DNA of 64,000 bases, taken from the NCBI GenBank assembly GCA_963717145.1, contig OY970325.1, positions 1,280,001 to 1,344,000 of the forward strand. Direction: 5' to 3'. Position numbers and translations under genes: made by a program. Positions 31,138-43,637 of the stretch are shown here, piece after piece (position 1 is the first letter of the stretch; the number at the start of each line of letters is the position of its first letter). Below the pieces are notes generated by a model. The model had not been told where the DNA came from. It ran no database searches and saw only the letters and a program-made list of their open reading frames with translations. The stretch is from an uncultured Armatimonadetes bacterium. GTDB taxonomy: Bacteria; Armatimonadota; UBA5829; DTJY01.

Positions 31138-33717
31138 TTACCTTTCGATCTCCAACTCGTACCACAGCGTCCGCCACTTCGGACCTATCTCCAACGTCAA
31201 CTTGCCTCCATCGACTCGACACGATACCGGCACGGCCCTTCCGCCACCACCGTCGAGGGCGTACACCGTAGCCGCCGACGCTGACGCAGCCAGCTCGATG
31301 ACCGCCGGGATGCCCTCCGCCATGACCGGACCTTTCCCCCATTGAGTTCCCACGCTGGTCCGAGTCGCATTCCAACCCATCCCCTGGTTTTCGACTTTGC
31401 CAACCGCGGATATCAGCAGATGACCCGACGACTCCAGAGGCTTGCCATCCAGGGAGATCACGGTGATGGCCGCGAACTTGTCGGGCGCCCCGAGGATCTC
31501 GATGGTCAGTCCCCCGAGGTCGATTGGACCACCGCCCGCAAACCCGACGACACCTCTGCTCTTGGGAGAGTTGATGGTGAATATGGCGGGTTTCCAGATC
31601 ACCGCGGACAATGACTTAGACTCCTGGCGTCGTACCGCCTTGTCCTTGCTGGAAAAGCGCACCGAAGTCCGCGCGGAGAGCGCCTCGGCCTTCAGTATCC
31701 CCACGGATTCCCAGGCGGCCATCGCGTTGTCCCCATTCCGGAACAACTCGCCCGGAACCATGAAAGCGGGAAACTCCATCTCGGTCGAGGACTCGAGCCG
31801 AGGGACATCAGCTCTCCGAAAGATGGCCGCAGCAGCCGGAAGGAACATGATCTTCCCGGGATGGCTGTCGATCGAGAAGTAGCCCGCGATCTGCTCTCGG
31901 TTCCAGTCGCCGTTGGCATGGTAGTCGAAGAGGAAGATGCCGTCCCAGTCCTGCAGAGCGGCGAACGATGCCAGCATCGGGAGGCATTCCGCCGAGTAGT
32001 CGTTCGGCGCAGAATGATTGTACTCGCTGACGACGAACGGCTTGCCGGCGACGCGATGAAGCGCCATCCAGGTGAGCGAGTCGTCTCCCGGCTTCGCCAC
32101 CATCGGAGTGTTGAGAATGCTCCAGTCTGTGCCATCCCAGGACTTGTGTGGGAAGTATGGATGCTGCCAGTAGCGATGGTCGTCCGCGTAGTCCATGAAA
32201 GACTCGCGATACATGCCGGCGATTCCCCCCATGCATACCTGACTGTCTATCACGAGAGACTTCGAGCCGAGGGTCTTCTTGACGAACTGATGCATCTCCT
32301 GAGCATATGCGCGCTCAGTATCGACAGCGAAAGCCAGGAAGTCCATACGCTGCTGAGCCGTATACATGGTGGTCGGGAATGCGATGCCGCCCGATTCGAG
32401 GCCGGCGTCATCCGGCAGGCCGCCTCCCCCACCCCGCCGAAGCTCGATTCCCGCTAGCCAGACCTCACCGATCGCGTTCTGGAAGTTGAAGCTCAGCCTC
32501 GTATGCTTCGGCTCGACCTGCGACGCATAGAAGGAGTACTCGAACTCCCGCCATTCGGGAGTCAATTTGACCGCTCGGGAGAGGCCGACATCACGCCAGG
32601 GTGATATGTCCAGGCGGACATCCAGGCGTATCTCTCGCGGCTGGTCGGAGCGCGCCCGGAAGCGGACGGTGTACGGCTTGCCCTCGACCAGATCGAGGCC
32701 GAGTTGGTGGACCTGGAAGTGCCAGGCCTGAGCGCCGGGATTCGTGAGTTTCGCGTGGAGGCACTTCATACCGGGCTGAGGACCGTCCATGACCTCCATC
32801 GAGGCCTTCGCAGGGGAGGGCGCCTCGAGCAGCCAGCGCTCCGTCCCGGCCGAGAAGTCGGAGTTCGTCAGGATATTCGCGCCGATCGGTTCACTTCCGG
32901 CCTTCCATGCCATGCGGAGGTTCTCCGTCGAGGAGTACTTCGCCCGCAGCCACGTGACCCACTTCTCCCTCAACTGAGAGAGATAGTATTCCGGCCAATC
33001 GGCGACACTGCCGTCGAGGCAGTAGTCCACCAGGCTGTTCTCGTTGTTGATCTCGATCATGGCGACCGACGGCTCGTCGACGTAGCGGGTCTTGGTGTAC
33101 GGATTCAGATGGGTGAGAAGCTGCGTGGCGTACTCCTTCTGGAGGGCGATCATCCGTGGCTCGAAGTTGTCCACACCCTTATCGTACTTCGGCAGTCTCG
33201 CTGTTTCGAGGAAGCCGTCAGCCTCGGTAAACTTGCGCGTGACGTGAAGGTTGATGTTGGCGTATATGCCCCGAAGCTTGAACTGGCTGATCAGGTAGTC
33301 GAGCCTATCGAGTTGCCCGGCATCGATGTGCTGCTTATCCTTGAAAGCCGGGTCCCAGATGCCCAGGGGAGAGTACATGGCATCCATGCTGTGAAGCCGA
33401 ACGCAGTTGATGCCGAGTTTCGACAGTCTCAGTGCCAGGCGTTCGGCAACTGCGTGTTCCGGAAAACATCCCGAATATCCGAGATTCACCCCGAGGTAAC
33501 GAACGCGATTCCCCTTGCCGTCGAACAAATGGCCGTCCATCGCCCGAACGAATCCGCCCTTCCCCGCAGGGCACTCGTTCATCCACGACATATCGGTCGC
33601 GTCGTGGGCGACGTCCATTGTCTCGACCGAGAATGGGAACATGGCGCTATCCACGGCCGGAACGGCGGCCGATGCCAACACCAGCCTCACGGCCAGACTC
33701 ACGATCACTTTCATCAT
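31138..33717 (-). CDS. Secreted clan GH-A (GH5-like) glycoside hydrolase with an inserted CBM4/9-like module
   Basis: GINCVRLHSMD, EINNENS, PFVVSEYN, LQDWDG; CBM segment NSDFSAG...GKPYTVRFRAR...LTPEWREF. Confidence 0.8.
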   Translation of the reverse strand: MMKVIVSLAVRLVLASAAVPAVDSAMFPFSVETMDVAHDATDMSWMNECPAGKGGFVRAMDGHLFDGKGNRVRYLGVNLGYSGCFPEHAVAERLALRLSKLGINCVRLHSMDAMYSPLGIWDPAFKDKQHIDAGQLDRLDYLISQFKLRGIYANINLHVTRKFTEADGFLETARLPKYDKGVDNFEPRMIALQKEYATQLLTHLNPYTKTRYVDEPSVAMIEINNENSLVDYCLDGSVADWPEYYLSQLREKWVTWLRAKYSSTENLRMAWKAGSEPIGANILTNSDFSAGTERWLLEAPSPAKASMEVMDGPQPGMKCLHAKLTNPGAQAWHFQVHQLGLDLVEGKPYTVRFRARSDQPREIRLDVRLDISPWRDVGLSRAVKLTPEWREFEYSFYASQVEPKHTRLSFNFQNAIGEVWLAGIELRRGGGGGLPDDAGLESGGIAFPTTMYTAQQRMDFLAFAVDTERAYAQEMHQFVKKTLGSKSLVIDSQVCMGGIAGMYRESFMDYADDHRYWQHPYFPHKSWDGTDWSILNTPMVAKPGDDSLTWMALHRVAGKPFVVSEYNHSAPNDYSAECLPMLASFAALQDWDGIFLFDYHANGDWNREQIAGYFSIDSHPGKIMFLPAAAAIFRRADVPRLESSTEMEFPAFMVPGELFRNGDNAMAAWESVGILKAEALSARTSVRFSSKDKAVRRQESKSLSAVIWKPAIFTINSPKSRGVVGFAGGGPIDLGGLTIEILGAPDKFAAITVISLDGKPLESSGHLLISAVGKVENQGMGWNATRTSVGTQWGKGPVMAEGIPAVIELAASASAATVYALDGGGGRAVPVSCRVDGGKLTLEIGPKWRTLWYELEIER

Positions 33718-33889
33718 CCTATTGCCCTTCCCGGCATGGGCCACCTGTGAGACCATGTCCTCACCAGAATATGGCCTGCCGAAGATTGTGTCAAGATGAA
33801 TGTCTCCAACCCCGCAGAAGTGTGGTAGAATGTGGAAGTCGGGTCCGCCATGACGGCGGCCGACCAATACTCAGGCAGGTACAGAATCA

Positions 33890-34366
33890 GTGGATATGCA
33901 GGGTAAGGGAACGGTAATAACCCAACAGGGCTACAATGATATAGTGAGCGAACTAGAGAACTTGCTGACCGTGGAGCGGCCTGCTGTCGTCGCGAGGCTC
34001 AAGGAAGCCATCGCGCTCGGCGATCTGAAGGAGAACTTCGACTACCACGATGCCAAGCGACAGCAGGGCATGATGGAATCCCGCATAAGGGATCTCAAGA
34101 GGATCCTCGACGACTCCGCCGTGATCGACTGCGCCAATGGAAACGGCGAGATCGGCGTCGGATCGAAGGTCATGGTTCGCGACCTGAACGATGATTTCGA
34201 GGACGAGTATATGATAGTCGGCCCACCGGAAGCCGATCCGACTGAGGGCAAGATATCGTATGAGTCGAACGTCGGGTCTGCTCTCCTCGGACGGAAAGTC
34301 GGCGACCGGGTATCGGTCGAGACCCCGTGCGGCGTGCTCGAATACGAGATCGTCTGCGTCCAGTAG
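33890..34366 (+). CDS. greA: Transcription elongation factor GreA
   Basis: GDLKENFDYHDAK, IVGPPEADP, ISYESNVG. Confidence 0.93.
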   Translation: MDMQGKGTVITQQGYNDIVSELENLLTVERPAVVARLKEAIALGDLKENFDYHDAKRQQGMMESRIRDLKRILDDSAVIDCANGNGEIGVGSKVMVRDLNDDFEDEYMIVGPPEADPTEGKISYESNVGSALLGRKVGDRVSVETPCGVLEYEIVCVQ

Positions 34367-34368
34367 CA

Positions 34369-34450
34369 ATGGTTGATGGTTCATGGTAAATGGTTGATGG
34401 GAGACATCCGCATCTACCACTCCCCATCAACCATCAACCATTCTCCATCA
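34369..34450. repeat. Heptamer-periodic inverted array (ATGGTTG)n...(CAACCAT)n
   Basis: 4-5 units per arm between convergent genes; contains the TGA of the 34448 gene. Confidence 0.88.
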
Positions 34451-35863
34451 CTTCGCCTCCGCCGCTGGTGCTACCTCAGCCGAAGCCGGGTCCTGCACGG
34501 GGGCCGGCGACACGACCTCAGCCGCCGCTTTCTCCACGTCAGCCGGAGGAGTAGCAGTGGGATTCGAAACGGGCGCAGGTGGCACGGTAGTGCGCTTCTC
34601 TGCGTCGTACAGCATGTCGTACGTCGCATTCATCAGCTTGGCAAATCCCTGGCGCTCGGGCGAGTTGTAGATCGCGGAAGCGTTGTCGGCCGTCTCGTTC
34701 CAGTTGTAGTACCCGAGACCGTTTGCGGAAGCGGCGCAATCGATACCGAAGGCCACCGCCCTGTCGTTCGATGAATCGCCATAGAACCGGTATCCGAGGA
34801 CCACTTTCTTGCCGTTGAGCATCATCAGGTCCTGGTCCTTCTTCACCTGGCCGGACGATGTGTTGCCCACGGTGCGGATGAAGACGATGTTGGCAAACTC
34901 GACGATCCGCATATCATTCGCGTCGTTCCAGCGGTACGCGCCGGCGTCGGGGTTGTCGATGCTGAAGGGATACGCGATCTCGGCGGCCAGAAGAACATCC
35001 TTGTGCCTCTTGCGAACATCCGACGCGATATCGTTCAGCGCATTGCCGATGATCTTGGCGCGGAAGGCCATGTGTTCCTTCACGGCAACCGGCATCTTCT
35101 GCTTGTCCTCGAATGCGTAGTTGAAGATCGACTTGTCGCAGGGGTCAATCTCGTCGAAGGTCTTATAGCTGGTTCCCCACTTGGAGTTCAGTTGGTTCAG
35201 ATCGTAGTAGCTGGCCTTCATCCACTTGCGGAAGTAGTTGTTCGTGTCTTCGTCAAACGAGAGCGGCATGCCCTTGTCGTCACGCCATCCCGCCTCGACC
35301 ATCAGCGCCACGACCGGCCGAATCCGCTTGCCATCCTTGATCCGGAGCAGCGCGGGGTCGTTCTCGTACCGGTCCAGGTAGACGTCGATGTAGTGGGCCA
35401 GCGCGCTCCTGAACTCGCCGTCTCGGAAGTCGCAGGAGTCGGGAACAGGCTGCTTGTCCTGGTTCACCGCCTGCTTCAACTCGAGGCGCGAGAACTGCAT
35501 CAACCCCTGGCGGTCTCCCGCTTGCAGCTGCAACCACGGGAGGACGCTGACCTTCTCCTGGCCTGCGAGCTTGTACTCCCTGTCGAGCCAGAACCAGTCG
35601 CGGTTGACCGCCTGGCTGACCTCGTGATCGACGCAAATCGTATTGAAGCCAATTTCCCTCAGCCGCTGGAGGTCCTTTGTCACGGCGGCATCGTCGCTCT
35701 TCCACGGCTCCCACCAGTGGCCGAAGAAGTAGATAGACTTCAGCAGTTGGCCGTCCGCCAGTCGGATGGGATCCTGTGTGGTGATCTTGCCCGCCTGCAC
35801 GACCCCGGCCAGGATTATGAGCGCGATGCAGAGGACGAGCAATCTCGAATGCAGCCTTGACAT
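34448..35863 (-). CDS. Secreted TIM-barrel glycoside-hydrolase-like protein (GH42-like)
   Basis: Signal peptide; DLQRLREIGFNTI; FRKW...Y.DLNQLNSKWGTSY.TFDEI; Pro/Ala-rich tail. Confidence 0.7.
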   Translation of the reverse strand: MSRLHSRLLVLCIALIILAGVVQAGKITTQDPIRLADGQLLKSIYFFGHWWEPWKSDDAAVTKDLQRLREIGFNTICVDHEVSQAVNRDWFWLDREYKLAGQEKVSVLPWLQLQAGDRQGLMQFSRLELKQAVNQDKQPVPDSCDFRDGEFRSALAHYIDVYLDRYENDPALLRIKDGKRIRPVVALMVEAGWRDDKGMPLSFDEDTNNYFRKWMKASYYDLNQLNSKWGTSYKTFDEIDPCDKSIFNYAFEDKQKMPVAVKEHMAFRAKIIGNALNDIASDVRKRHKDVLLAAEIAYPFSIDNPDAGAYRWNDANDMRIVEFANIVFIRTVGNTSSGQVKKDQDLMMLNGKKVVLGYRFYGDSSNDRAVAFGIDCAASANGLGYYNWNETADNASAIYNSPERQGFAKLMNATYDMLYDAEKRTTVPPAPVSNPTATPPADVEKAAAEVVSPAPVQDPASAEVAPAAEAK

Positions 35864-36014
35864 TGAAACCTCCTGTCGTTCACTGGGAAACCGCGATTAT
35901 CGTTAGCCTGAAACCGGCGCATTACGGAAGCCGGCACAATTGCCGGTATTCTAGCATTCGATAGCTTTCAGGTCAAGGAACTGGACTCGCGAGAAACAAC
36001 TGGCGTCGGTGAGT

Positions 36015-36043
36015 TTGACAAAGACCCTCGCAAATCGTAGAAT
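36015..36043 (+). promoter_or_regulatory. ligA promoter
   Basis: TTGACA-17 bp-TAGAAT. Confidence 0.75.
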
Positions 36044-36046
36044 CCC

Positions 36047-38255
<2,209 letters not shown>

Positions 38256-38263
38256 CAGAAGCC

Positions 38264-38695
38264 GTGGCCGAACCGAAACGGGCCTTCGACTGGGCGCGAG
38301 CGGTCTCAGCATGGGGGCCCGTCGTTATCTACATGGCGGGCATATCTCTGGCATCAGCACAGGAGACCATGCCTCTCGAGGGCCGGACCGCCCTCTCAGA
38401 TAAGGAGATACACGCGATCGCGTACCTCGGGCTGCTCCTCCTCGCCTATCGGGCAGCCACGATGATTCCGCTCAGGAGCGCCGTCGATCCGGTCTTCCAG
38501 GCGTTCTTCGTCACGATCCTGCACGGAGCGCTCGATGAAGGTCACCAGTATTTCGTGCCTGGCCGGCAGTGCGACCTTTGTGACTTCCTGGCTGACGTGA
38601 CCGGCGCACTGATAGCGGTCCTGGCAATCGTTTCCGTTCGCATTCTCACACGCAAGGGAGGAACCAAGAATGTCCGAAGAAGAGAAAGGCAATGA
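38264..38695 (+). CDS. VanZ-family membrane protein
   Basis: DKEIHAIAY, DEGHQYFVPGR, D.LADVTG. Confidence 0.88.
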   Translation: MAEPKRAFDWARAVSAWGPVVIYMAGISLASAQETMPLEGRTALSDKEIHAIAYLGLLLLAYRAATMIPLRSAVDPVFQAFFVTILHGALDEGHQYFVPGRQCDLCDFLADVTGALIAVLAIVSVRILTRKGGTKNVRRRERQ

Positions 38696-39080
38696 AATGA
38701 CCGATGAGCCCACAGTCGAGCCGGATGACATGGCTCGGGAGGGCGAAGCTCCGTCTGAGCCCCTGGAGGCCGAAGCTCCGTCTGAGCCGGCCCAGGAGCC
38801 GAGTATGGAGGATATCGCCGCCGGACTGCCTCCCGTGGATGTCTACTCGCTGTTGAGAACGTTCATCGGCATGCTCGGAGCGCAGTCCTGGCAGTGGATG
38901 GGACTCGTGAAGGACCCCTCCACAGGCAAGATCGAGAAGGACCTCGTGCAGGCTAAGATCGCAATCGACGCGGTCGCGGCGCTTGTGGCACAACTCGAGG
39001 GAAAAGTCAGCGCGTCGGAATCAGCCGAACTGCAGGGGATGTTGAGCGACCTGCGCATCAACTTCGTGCGCCAAAGCTAG
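38670..39080 (+). CDS. DUF1844-family protein
   Basis: MGLVKDP.TG...DLVQAKIAID...L..LRINFV. Confidence 0.82.
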   Translation: MSEEEKGNEMTDEPTVEPDDMAREGEAPSEPLEAEAPSEPAQEPSMEDIAAGLPPVDVYSLLRTFIGMLGAQSWQWMGLVKDPSTGKIEKDLVQAKIAIDAVAALVAQLEGKVSASESAELQGMLSDLRINFVRQS

Positions 39081-39086
39081 ACGGGG

Positions 39087-39170
39087 GATGGTTGATGGGC
39101 GATGGTTTATGGTTAATGGCGGACCGCTCCCCATCCGCCATCAACCATTCACCATCAACCATCAACCATT
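39087..39170. repeat. Second ATGGTTG heptamer inverted array
   Basis: Same unit as 34369-34450; between convergent genes; contains the stop of the RsbW-like gene. Confidence 0.88.
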
Positions 39171-39602
39171 CCCCCGCGATTTCACCATACGAATCGCCGT
39201 CCCGCGATGGGGCGAGCTGTTCACCTGGACTTGGTCCATCAACTGGCGGATCAGGATGAGGCCGAACCCCCCATCGCTGTCAGGGTTGCGACGACCCGTT
39301 GCACTGTCGAATCCGGTACCGCGATCGATCACCTCGGCTACGATCCTATCGCCGTGCGTAGAGCATCGGACAAGGAGTTCCGCCGAAGATGAGACACCGG
39401 CGGGATAGGCATGACGTACCACATTGGAGCACGCTTCGGAGATCGCCACCTGCAGATCTTCGACCGCGCACCGCGGCATCGATATACCCTCGGCCAAGCC
39501 TGCTATTATCGACCGTATCAGCGATATGTACTTGGCCCTGCTCGGCACTCGGAGTTCGATATAATCATCAGCGCCTCTCAGCGCTGTAGTTCCGTTTTTC
39601 AT
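39162..39602 (-). CDS. Anti-sigma factor / Ser-Thr kinase (RsbW-like)
   Basis: AISEACSNVVRHAY, DRGTGFD, GGFGLILIRQLMD. Confidence 0.9.
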   Translation of the reverse strand: MKNGTTALRGADDYIELRVPSRAKYISLIRSIIAGLAEGISMPRCAVEDLQVAISEACSNVVRHAYPAGVSSSAELLVRCSTHGDRIVAEVIDRGTGFDSATGRRNPDSDGGFGLILIRQLMDQVQVNSSPHRGTAIRMVKSRGNG

Positions 39603-39763
39603 GAGTGATCACCTCCACCTCATAGGGATGAAGCTGATCAGTCGCCCTGGCATCACAGCCATACGCATTTTACCCGAAGTCATCTCGGGCAAAACCGTAC
39701 TGCTACGGCATGAAGCAGGAATCACGGTCCGCCGGGCCAAACAATGTAGCTTGGAGGCGCATC

Positions 39764-40276
39764 ATGCCGGACAACGAACCAATGCAGCGGTTATGGTCAC
39801 CGTGGCGCATGGAGTACATCGAGAAGGCCGACGAGATACCCGGCTGCATATTCTGTGGCAAGCCCGCCGAACAGAAGGACCGGGAGAACGGCATCCTGCG
39901 CCGGGGAGAGACCGCATTCATCATGATGAACGCCTTCCCGTACAACACGGGCCACCTGATGATCGCTCCGTACAAGCACACGGCCGATCTGTACGAATTG
40001 AGCGACGAGGAGTTGCTGGAGATCAGCCACCTCGTACGATACTCCGTAAGTCTCCTCAAGGCGGTCATGAAGCCGGACGGGTTCAATCTGGGCGTGAATC
40101 TCGGGCGACCGGCGGGGGCAGGGTTCGCCGACCACGTCCACTGGCATGTCGTACCGAGGTGGAGCGGGGATACGAATTTCATGCCCGTGATCGGCAACAC
40201 CAAGGTGATGCCCGAGAGTCTCGAGGCAACTTACGAAAAGCTTATGCGCCGGATGAAGGAACTGGGAGAACCGTAG
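39764..40276 (+). CDS. HIT-family hydrolase
   Basis: LWSPWRMEYI, CIFC, FPYNTGH, HVHWHVVPRW; GGAGG RBS. Confidence 0.93.
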   Translation: MPDNEPMQRLWSPWRMEYIEKADEIPGCIFCGKPAEQKDRENGILRRGETAFIMMNAFPYNTGHLMIAPYKHTADLYELSDEELLEISHLVRYSVSLLKAVMKPDGFNLGVNLGRPAGAGFADHVHWHVVPRWSGDTNFMPVIGNTKVMPESLEATYEKLMRRMKELGEP

Positions 40277-40277
40277 G

Positions 40278-40934
40278 ATGACCGAAGTCGAGGAGCGGTT
40301 GGAGGAGTTGCGGCAGCAGGTGCTGAGCTGCCGAGCGTGCGGGCTGTGCGAAACGGCCACCAATGTGGTTTTCGGCGAGGGGAATCCGAACACTCCCCTC
40401 GTACTGATAGGAGAGGGCCCCGGCGCGAATGAGGATGCCACCGGTCGTCCATTCGTGGGGCGCGCGGGCCAACTCCTCGACCAGGTCCTGCTGGAGAACG
40501 GCATCACGCGGAAGCACGTTTACATCTGCAACGTGCTGAAATGCCGGGCCAGCATCAGAGAGGGCAGCAGCATTCGCAACCGCCCGCCCAGCGCGGCGGA
40601 GGTCACCGCGTGCCTTCCCTGGCTCCAGAAGCAACTGGATATCATCAAGCCCATGGTTGTGTTGTGCCTGGGCGCACCGGCCGCAAACGTGATAATCCAC
40701 AAGGACTTCAGGATGACCAAGGAGCGCGGCATCTGGTTCACAAGTTCATATGCCGGATATGCGATGGCGGGTCTCCATCCGGCATACGTACTCCGCCAGC
40801 ACGGTGAGGCCTTCGACACCGCGCGCGCCTCGCTGGTGGCCGACATCGGGGCCGCTCGCAAGAAAGTCGTCGAACTGAAGAAATGCGTTAAGGAAGAACC
40901 GGAGGCCGAGCCGGAGAACCTGAACCTGTTCTGA
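40278..40934 (+). CDS. Family 4 uracil-DNA glycosylase
   Basis: C..C.LC, GEGPG..ED.TGRPFVGRAG, NVLKCR, HPAY. Confidence 0.93.
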   Translation: MTEVEERLEELRQQVLSCRACGLCETATNVVFGEGNPNTPLVLIGEGPGANEDATGRPFVGRAGQLLDQVLLENGITRKHVYICNVLKCRASIREGSSIRNRPPSAAEVTACLPWLQKQLDIIKPMVVLCLGAPAANVIIHKDFRMTKERGIWFTSSYAGYAMAGLHPAYVLRQHGEAFDTARASLVADIGAARKKVVELKKCVKEEPEAEPENLNLF

Positions 40935-40947
40935 AAGAGCCGATTTA

Positions 40948-41033
40948 TCTGCGCGAGGTAGGGAACGGTCGCCGTCCCGTTCCGTCCCGCCGCAAACGGA
41001 ACGGGACGGCGACCGTTCCCTACCTCGCGCAGA
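40948..41033. repeat. GTAG-type palindrome with 38-bp perfect arms
   Basis: TCTGCGCGAGGTAGGGAACGGTCGCCGTCCCGTTCCGT and its inverse; degenerate half copy at 45910-45937. Confidence 0.92.
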
Positions 41034-41073
41034 CAAACCGAGGAGCTCCTGCCGTTCGAAGGCTGCAACTAGA

Positions 41074-42431
41074 ATGATTGTTCAAAACACCCCGAGCCAA
41101 GTCGTCCTGCCGTGGATCGATCCCACGCGCGCATTCGCACAAGTGGCGGATCGGACGGGCTCGATCCTCATGGAGACCCAGCCAGGCTCCGGAGGTCGCT
41201 GGTCGATGATCTGCGCCGAGCCGTTCGCGGTCCTGGAGGGCCGGAATGGAACGGCCACACTCACCTCATCCGGCGGAACGGAATCCTACGCATCCGTCTT
41301 CGATGCCCTGCGACTCATACTCGCCGACCGCAGGGCGCTGATAGTCGCCGGGTACCTCGGGTACGAACTCCATGCCCACCTGCGAGATACGCCCATTCCC
41401 GTGCCTGATCCCGCCGAACCACTCGTGCCGGATTGCTGGCTCGGGCTCTACGACACCGCGCTCGTGTTCGATCATGATGAGCGGCGACTGGTCCTGCATC
41501 GATCCGACCGATCAACTACGTGGGACGCCGACTGGGAGCAACGGATCAGCCGTGCCGGAGAGATGGATCACAGTGCGCCACAGGGAAAGTGTTCTTCCGG
41601 CGAGCCGGTTTCCAGTTTCTCGAAGGCCGAGTACATCGATGCCGTGCGCAAGGTCAAGGGCTACATCGCATCAGGCGATATCTATCAGGCGAACCTCTCG
41701 CAGAGGTTCACGATTCCCACGGACGCGCCGCCCTGGGAGCTGTACCTCCGACTTCGCGAGTCGAACCCGGCGCCCTATGCGGCGTACCTGAACCTCGGGG
41801 GCTATCAGATCGTCAGCTCGTCACCGGAACTCTTCCTCGCATTTGACCCCACGACGTGCATCGCTGAGACGCGCCCGATCAAGGGCACGAGGCCACGGGG
41901 AGCATCCGAGCATGAAGACAGGCTGCTGGCGGACGAACTGCTGGCGAGTGAGAAAGACCAGGCTGAGAATGTGATGATCGTGGACCTCGAGCGAAATGAC
42001 CTCGGACGCGTGTGCCGATTCGGCTCGGTAGAGGTGCCGGGGCTCTTCACGCTCGAAAGCCATCCGACGGTCCACCATCTCGTTTCGACGGTCAAGGGGA
42101 CTCTTCGACCCGAGTGCGATCGAGTCGATCTGCTGATGGCGTGTTTTCCGGGAGGCTCGATCACAGGCGCCCGAAGATCCGCTCGATGGAGATCATCGCC
42201 GAGCTGGAGCCCGTGCCCCGATACGTCTACACGGGGTCGATCGGCTGGTTCGGTGCTGATGGAACGATGAACTTGAGCATAGTGATTCGAACCGCCGTCT
42301 TCAAGGACGGACTCTGCTACCTGCACGTTGGCGGCGGGATCGTGGCTGATTCCGATCCGGACATGGAATACCAGGAAACGCTCGATAAAGGGCGCGCTTT
42401 CTTCGAGGTGTTAGGATGTGCATCGATCTGA
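41074..42431 (+). CDS. pabB: Aminodeoxychorismate synthase component I (single frameshift near 42170)
   Basis: GDIYQANLSQ, SSPELF, PIKGTRPR, ENVMIVDLERNDL; GGSITGA|PKIRSMEII is split by a missing C. Confidence 0.88.
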
Positions 42432-43291
42432 ATGAAACTTGGGGACTCGTATACGTGAACGGCACGCTGATGCCTGCTGGTGAGGCGAGTGTGTCCGCGC
42501 TCGATCGCGGGCTTCTCTACGGGGATGGCTTGTTCGAGACGATCCGGGTGTACAACGGTATGCCGTTCATGCTCGACGCTCACATCCGACGCATGGGCGA
42601 CGGATGCGCGGTCATCGAATTCCCGCCACCGGATCCTGACGAGATCAGGCGCGCCGCACGTCAGGTCCTCGAGGCCAACGACCTCACCGGAGATGCCTAC
42701 CTGCGAGTCACCGTCACCCGTGGCCCGACCGGTCGCATGTGGACGGATCTCGGAGGTTCGCAGCCGACGCTGATCGCAGTGGCGAAGCCCTACTCGCCCC
42801 CGGACCATGGCAACGGATTGCGGCTCACTGTTTCCCAATCGTTCCGAAGCGACGAGCGCAGCCCGCTGAGCCGGATCAAGCAGACCGGCATCCTATGGAA
42901 GATCATGCCCAGAGTCCAGGCGCAACGCGCGGGCTTCGATGATGCGCTGCTGCTCAACACGTCCGCTGACATCTCTGAGGGGACTTCCGCGAACATCTTC
43001 TGGACAAAGGACGGCGCGCTGCATACACCTGCGCTCGAATGCGGGATCCTTCCCGGAATCACGCGATCGCTCGTCATACAAGTTGCGCGCGAGCACAACA
43101 TCGCTGTCACCGAGGGATGCTTCCCGATCGAGCATCTGCTCAGCGCGGACGAGGCGTTCCTGACGAGTTCGACCGCCGAGCTTGTCCCCGTCCGCTCCAT
43201 CGGCGACACCGAGTTCCCCGGCGGACCGATCACAGGTCTCTTGACACGGCTCTACCGTCAGAGGATACGCGTCTCCCAAACCTGCCCTTGA
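42416..43291 (+). CDS. Class IV aminotransferase / aminodeoxychorismate lyase (PabC-like)
   Basis: DRGLLYGDGLFET, EGTSANIF, LPGITR, ADEAFLTSS. Confidence 0.9.
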   Translation: MCIDLNETWGLVYVNGTLMPAGEASVSALDRGLLYGDGLFETIRVYNGMPFMLDAHIRRMGDGCAVIEFPPPDPDEIRRAARQVLEANDLTGDAYLRVTVTRGPTGRMWTDLGGSQPTLIAVAKPYSPPDHGNGLRLTVSQSFRSDERSPLSRIKQTGILWKIMPRVQAQRAGFDDALLLNTSADISEGTSANIFWTKDGALHTPALECGILPGITRSLVIQVAREHNIAVTEGCFPIEHLLSADEAFLTSSTAELVPVRSIGDTEFPGGPITGLLTRLYRQRIRVSQTCP

Positions 43292-43337
43292 TCGCACGGC
43301 GCAAACACGGTACAATAGCCTACGGAGGATTCAAGTC

Positions 43338-43553
43338 ATGGCAGACAACAAACCACTTGGTGAGATAATCGTAGATATGGGCTTCGCTTCGCGCGATCAG
43401 ATAATCGAGTGCCTCAACATGCAGACTGAGATACACCAGAAGGGGCTCGACCGAATCCCGCTTGGCTCGCTCCTGATCAAGACCGGGTATCTGACGTCCA
43501 ACCAGCTCGACAAGGCGCTCGTGAAACAGATGAGGCACCGGCTGCCGAACTGA
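43338..43553 (+). CDS. Small protein made of two MshEN-like motifs
   Basis: LGEIIVDMGFASRDQIIECLNMQ and LGSLLIKTGYLTSNQLDKALVKQ; GGAGG RBS. Confidence 0.8.
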   Translation: MADNKPLGEIIVDMGFASRDQIIECLNMQTEIHQKGLDRIPLGSLLIKTGYLTSNQLDKALVKQMRHRLPN

Positions 43554-43560
43554 GAGCGGA

Positions 43561-43637
43561 TAGACATTAGACTCTGGACATTAGACTCCGGATGGAAGGT
43601 CCAATGTCTGACGTCTAAGGTCTAGTGTCTAATGTCT
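43561..43637. repeat. Heptamer-periodic inverted array (TAGACAT/TAGACTC)n...(ATGTCTA)n
   Basis: Between convergent genes; contains the nfo stop codon. Confidence 0.85.

Noticed and set aside
42165-42180. Programmed ribosomal frameshifting in pabB, tatA/B or pfkB
   Set aside because: No slippery heptamer or stimulatory structure; all three are short G/C homopolymer indels.
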